Assembly: GCA_964392775.1 (NCBI GenBank)
Contig: CAYMRD010000006.1
Location: 61,901 to 125,900, forward strand
From: an uncultured Bifidobacteriaceae bacterium
GTDB taxonomy: Bacteria > Bacteroidota > Bacteroidia > UKL13-3
Direction: 5' to 3'
DNA: 64,000 nucleotides
This document shows, in pieces, positions 60,115 to 64,000 of the stretch. The position numbers and the translations under genes are program-made. The notes under the pieces are model-generated. The model saw only the letters and a list, made by a program, of their open reading frames with translations. It searched no databases and was not told the DNA's origin. Each line of letters begins with the position of its first letter. Within the stretch, counting starts at the first letter, position 1.

Positions 60115-61785
60115 TTAAACTGCGGTAAGAAGGTATTCGGGTTGCGCTAACACCACAGGTTTTTCAGTTCCGCTGTATTGTATAATTAAAGGAGCTTGTT
60201 GAGGAACAATATTTCCTGTGTGTTTATATGCATCGAAATTAAAGGTGAGTGGCAATACGATATGCCGGAATTTACGGGTGTTGAAGCCCTGTTGTTCCAG
60301 CAACCGTTTTTTGTCTTCAAATGAAATTTCCTGAAGATATTTTTCCTGCGGTTTGATTTTAGCCTGTAAATAATAATCAACAGCAATCAGTTGCCTCAGG
60401 ATTTCGTCATGAGGATACGTTGTTTGCGCATACTCCACAATCCGGTCATATACATCATTGAGGGTATGTTTATGGAAATCGGTAGTTTGGTGGAAATGAG
60501 TTCCAAGTCCCAATAGGAAATCGAAAATGCTATACTTTTCGGTGATGTATTTAAGAGCGTAAACTGTTCGCTTTTTGTTCCAGTAAATTTCCAGCGCTTC
60601 TTCCAGCAAGGTGATGCGGTGAAGTTCATCAGCACTCAGGTAATTGCTTTCGATGATTTGGTAGGGAGGAGCAGGATCAAACTTGTATCCGTGCTGTTCA
60701 TATTTTTGGCGCACAGGAGTGCCTTTCAAAAACTTTAGGAAACCCAGTTGCAATTCGGGCGGGTACAGTTTAAACACTTCTTCAATACTGTATTTGATGT
60801 CGTTCCATTCATCCAACGGCAAGCCTACAATTAAGTCGAGGTGCATCTCAATTTTGTTGTCGAGTTGCTTGATAACAGCACTTGTTTTATCAAAGTTCTG
60901 TTTGCGGCTAACCTGCAAATTGGCTTTCTGGTTCACGGTTTGAATACCAATCTCAAACCGGAACAATCCTTCTGGAACATGCTCTTGTATAAAAGCAACA
61001 ATATCGGGATGCACAATATCAGCTGTAATCTCAAACTGAAACACATTGGCTGGATGATGATGTTTGAGTATGAACGTAAACATGTCGATGGTAAAATCCT
61101 TCTTCACATTAAACGTGCGGTCGAGGAATTTAATCACCCGTCCGTGTGTCATCAAGTGCAACAAGTTTGATTTGATATCCTCAATTGGGAGGTAACGAAC
61201 TTTATTATCCAAACTCGCTAAACAGAATTCGCATTTATACGGGCAACCTCTAGATGTTTCGATATAACATACTTTATTGTACAAATCCTCAGGCGAATCA
61301 TACTGGTAAGGATTGATGCCTTTGTACAGGTTTAAGTCAAACGTTACCTGTTTGGGAAACAGTTGAACCGTATTGTTTTGTTTGTGTACCAGATTGGCCA
61401 CACCTTCCACATTGGGATAGGCATTCATAAACTCCTCAAACGGAATTTCGCCTTCACCCAAAATAATATAATCCACTTCGGGCAGGTTGATTACGTCATT
61501 ATAATCATAACTCACCTCGGGGCCACCCAATAAAATTTTGATATGCGGGTTCAGCTTTTTGAGTTCACGCGCTACCGCCAAAGTTTGGGTGATGTTCCAG
61601 ATATAACAACTGAAAGCCACCACGTCAAAGTCTTTGCAGCGGTTGGCAATATCTTCGGGCTTTTCTTTGATGGTAAACTCTTTCCACTCAATCCCCTCGC
61701 GGTGTTTGTTCAGCGAATACAGCAATCGTATTGCCAGATTCAGGTGGATGTACTTGGCGTTTAAGGTGGTAAGTAAGAGTTTCAT
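60115..61785 (-). CDS. B12-binding radical SAM protein (DUF4080 C-terminus)
   Basis: AFSCYIWN, GGPEVS, GEGE and ETSRGCPYKCEFC (CxxxCxxC). Confidence 0.92.
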   Translation of the reverse strand: MKLLLTTLNAKYIHLNLAIRLLYSLNKHREGIEWKEFTIKEKPEDIANRCKDFDVVAFSCYIWNITQTLAVARELKKLNPHIKILLGGPEVSYDYNDVINLPEVDYIILGEGEIPFEEFMNAYPNVEGVANLVHKQNNTVQLFPKQVTFDLNLYKGINPYQYDSPEDLYNKVCYIETSRGCPYKCEFCLASLDNKVRYLPIEDIKSNLLHLMTHGRVIKFLDRTFNVKKDFTIDMFTFILKHHHPANVFQFEITADIVHPDIVAFIQEHVPEGLFRFEIGIQTVNQKANLQVSRKQNFDKTSAVIKQLDNKIEMHLDLIVGLPLDEWNDIKYSIEEVFKLYPPELQLGFLKFLKGTPVRQKYEQHGYKFDPAPPYQIIESNYLSADELHRITLLEEALEIYWNKKRTVYALKYITEKYSIFDFLLGLGTHFHQTTDFHKHTLNDVYDRIVEYAQTTYPHDEILRQLIAVDYYLQAKIKPQEKYLQEISFEDKKRLLEQQGFNTRKFRHIVLPLTFNFDAYKHTGNIVPQQAPLIIQYSGTEKPVVLAQPEYLLTAV

Positions 61786-61826
61786 GAAGCAGCGAAGATA
61801 ATACTATCTGCTCAGAAACCACGGTT

Positions 61827-62765
61827 TTAAGCCCAGCGCTTTCTGCTCCAGTCTTTGCGTTGCAGGGGTGTCATAAAAGTCCATACCACAAAACGGCTTA
61901 TTTTTTGGCCCTGCGCCATTTCAATAATATGGCTTTCAACCACGTTGGCTTCTTTCAGTTTGTTATGTACCGAGGCCAAAGTAGTTTGTTTGGATACCAA
62001 TGAGGTAAACCATAAACATTGCTGACGGAAGTTTACACTCTCTTCTACCATGCGGTTGATGAATTCTTTTTCGCCACCATCACACCACAACTCATTGCTC
62101 GTACCTCCAAAATTAAGCACAGGCTTTTGGCTACGTTTGCCGCTCAGGTTGGTTGTTTTGCGCAGCGATTGTTCGCGTGCCTCAGCCGCACTGCTATGAA
62201 AAGGCGGATTGCACAATACCAGATCGAAACGTTCGGAAGGATGGATGATGTTTCGAAGAATGGCATTCTTAGCCGGTTGCAAACGGATAAATACATCATC
62301 AGCCATGGGATGGTTTTGGTCGATGATGGATTGTGCATGTTTGGTAGCCACGGGGTCTATATCGCTGCCTACAAATTGCCATCCATATACCTGATGTCCG
62401 ATGAGGGGATACACACAATTGGCACCTACGCCAATATCCAATACCCGAACCCGTGGTCCTTTGGGAACTACATCTTTGTTTGTTGAGGCCAGTAAATCGG
62501 CCAGATAATGGATATAATCGGCACGTCCCGGTATGGGCGGACATAAATAATTGGCCGGCAAATCCCAATGTGCCACTCCATAAACCGATTTGAGCAAGGC
62601 TTTGTTAAGCGATAACACCGCTTTGGGATTGGCAAAATTGATAGTGGCATCACCGGCAGGTGCTTGGGTAATGTATTCTTTGAGCTCAGGACAAGCAGCT
62701 ACCAGCGTTTCAAAATTGTAGCGGTCGCGGTGTGCATTGCGCGGATGAAGTTCGTTTTTTACCAT
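61827..62765 (-). CDS. rlmF: 23S rRNA (adenine-1618-N6)-methyltransferase RlmF
   Basis: LHPRN, LCPPIPGRADY, LDIGVGANCVYP, CNPPFH and QGQKISRF. Confidence 0.96.
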   Translation of the reverse strand: MVKNELHPRNAHRDRYNFETLVAACPELKEYITQAPAGDATINFANPKAVLSLNKALLKSVYGVAHWDLPANYLCPPIPGRADYIHYLADLLASTNKDVVPKGPRVRVLDIGVGANCVYPLIGHQVYGWQFVGSDIDPVATKHAQSIIDQNHPMADDVFIRLQPAKNAILRNIIHPSERFDLVLCNPPFHSSAAEAREQSLRKTTNLSGKRSQKPVLNFGGTSNELWCDGGEKEFINRMVEESVNFRQQCLWFTSLVSKQTTLASVHNKLKEANVVESHIIEMAQGQKISRFVVWTFMTPLQRKDWSRKRWA

Positions 62766-62768
62766 GTA

Positions 62769-63680
62769 TTATCTTCCGCTTCTGCGGCCTCCTGATTTAT
62801 GATTCGATTTGCCTGCAGGTCGTCTGTTGCGGTTGTCCTGATTATTGCGGCTGGATTTAGGTGCCGAACGGTGAGCGCTTGAAGCCGGTTTAGATGAAGA
62901 TGTATTTTTTGATTTGGAGCTTCCTGATTTTTTAGGTGCCGGTTTTTTCTTCTCTGCATCCGATGTCGAATCTTTCATCAAACTGTAAAGGATATTCATC
63001 TCAGCTTCTGTGAGGTCACGCCAATCGCCAACGGGCAAACCTTTCAATCCAATATTCATAATGCGCACTCGTTCCAGTTTGGTTACTTCGTATCCAAAGT
63101 ACTCGCACATTCTGCGTATTTGTCTGTTTAAACCTTGTACCAAAATAATGCGGAACACAGCGGGGCCTTCCTGTACCACCTTGCATTTTTTTGTGGTGAC
63201 CCCCATGATCGGAACGCCATTGGCCATACTTTGGATCACGGTATCTGTCAATGGTTTGTTTACGGTTACCACATATTCTTTTTCGTGGTTGTTACCGGCA
63301 CGCAATATCTTGTTTACCAAATCTCCGTTATTGGTCAAAAAAATCAATCCTTGAGAGTCTTTATCCAAACGGCCAATCGGGAAAATACGTTTGCTGTGGT
63401 TTACAAATTGTACAATATTATCGCGCACACCTTCTTCGGTAGTTGATGTAACACCCACGGGTTTATTGAGTGCAATAAAGATGATGTCTTCGCCTTTGCG
63501 TGGTTCCAGTTCATTCCCGTTCACACGTACACGGTCGCCCACTTTTACCTGATCGCCCACATTGGCTTTACGCCCGTTGATAAACACGTTTCCTTGTTCA
63601 ATATAACGGTCGGCTTCGCGCCTTGAACACAGGCCACTTTCACTGATGAATTTATTGAGGCGAACGGTTGATGGTTGCAT
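62769..63680 (-). CDS. rluF: 23S rRNA pseudouridine-2604 synthase RluF
   Basis: S4 domain [35 protein letters not shown] and [10 protein letters not shown]. Confidence 0.93.
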   Translation of the reverse strand: MQPSTVRLNKFISESGLCSRREADRYIEQGNVFINGRKANVGDQVKVGDRVRVNGNELEPRKGEDIIFIALNKPVGVTSTTEEGVRDNIVQFVNHSKRIFPIGRLDKDSQGLIFLTNNGDLVNKILRAGNNHEKEYVVTVNKPLTDTVIQSMANGVPIMGVTTKKCKVVQEGPAVFRIILVQGLNRQIRRMCEYFGYEVTKLERVRIMNIGLKGLPVGDWRDLTEAEMNILYSLMKDSTSDAEKKKPAPKKSGSSKSKNTSSSKPASSAHRSAPKSSRNNQDNRNRRPAGKSNHKSGGRRSGR

Positions 63681-63689
63681 GGTGTGCAA

Positions 63690-64000
63690 GGTAGTAAATT
63701 CAGTTGATTAAGTAATTGGGTTGATTAGGTTGGTTGGGAGGAGGGAAGTTGGAGGATGGATGTTAGAAGACGGAAGGTGGCTGCGCGGAGCCGAAGCTAC
63801 AGTTAGATGTTAGAAATTGGAAGTTTGTGTTTGGGTCATGTCATGTCTAAAGGAGCGGAGTCGAGACATGTGCGTGGGAAACAACTCTGTGCTCCTTTGA
63901 ATTCTCTCTGTGTGAAATCCTCGCGACTGTTTCACACAGAGCATACGGAGAAGACACAGAGTACCACAGAGGCTATCCCTGCGCCTCTCAACTCTGACTC
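63690..64000. repeat. Intergenic mosaic of REP-like palindromes and short tandem repeats
   Basis: gagcggagtcgagacatg motif at about 63852-63870; perfect 12-bp inverted repeat ctctgtgtgaaa (63906-63917) / tttcacacagag (63930-63941). Confidence 0.6.

Noticed and set aside
62769-62960. Low-complexity Lys/Ser/Arg tail of RluF as a separate element
   Set aside because: Disordered basic tails are common in this family.

Overview
Chromosomal segment of a Bacteroidota bacterium, judged from T9SS cargo and PorV-like genes, TAnnTTTG-type promoters, absence of Shine-Dalgarno motifs and Bacteroidota-type housekeeping proteins. Most of it is housekeeping: clpC (partial), rlmH, proS, the amidase/mlaD/lptD cluster, gcvT, tyrS, dprA, thrS-infC-rpmI-rplT, hmgA/hppD, an ABC-F, tRNA-Pro(GGG), mfd, cinA, pdxJ, prmC, an M16 peptidase, rlmF and rluF. 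Two accessory loci stand out. (1) At 28.1-33.4 kb, between dprA and rplT, three unrelated cargo blocks (deacetylase+GNAT, a T9SS-secreted protein, an AbiEi/AbiEii-like toxin-antitoxin pair) are each bounded by direct copies of the rplT terminator hairpin. Three copies are identical over 34 nt and a fourth is decayed. This resembles an integrase-less gene-cassette array built on a terminator. (2) At 18.5-19.9 kb there is a toxin-antitoxin-chaperone-like triplet (RelE/HigB-like, HTH antitoxin with a long tail, SecB-like) whose toxin gene appears broken by a frameshift. Also present are several families of REP/MITE-like palindromes, short 7-8 nt tandem repeats (two of them inside prmC), a candidate structured RNA upstream of rplT, a histone H1-like gene, and repeated promoter-to-start spacings that suggest near-leaderless mRNAs. 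No CRISPR array, rRNA, integrase or transposase was found. All family assignments come from motif recognition by eye; no searches were run.
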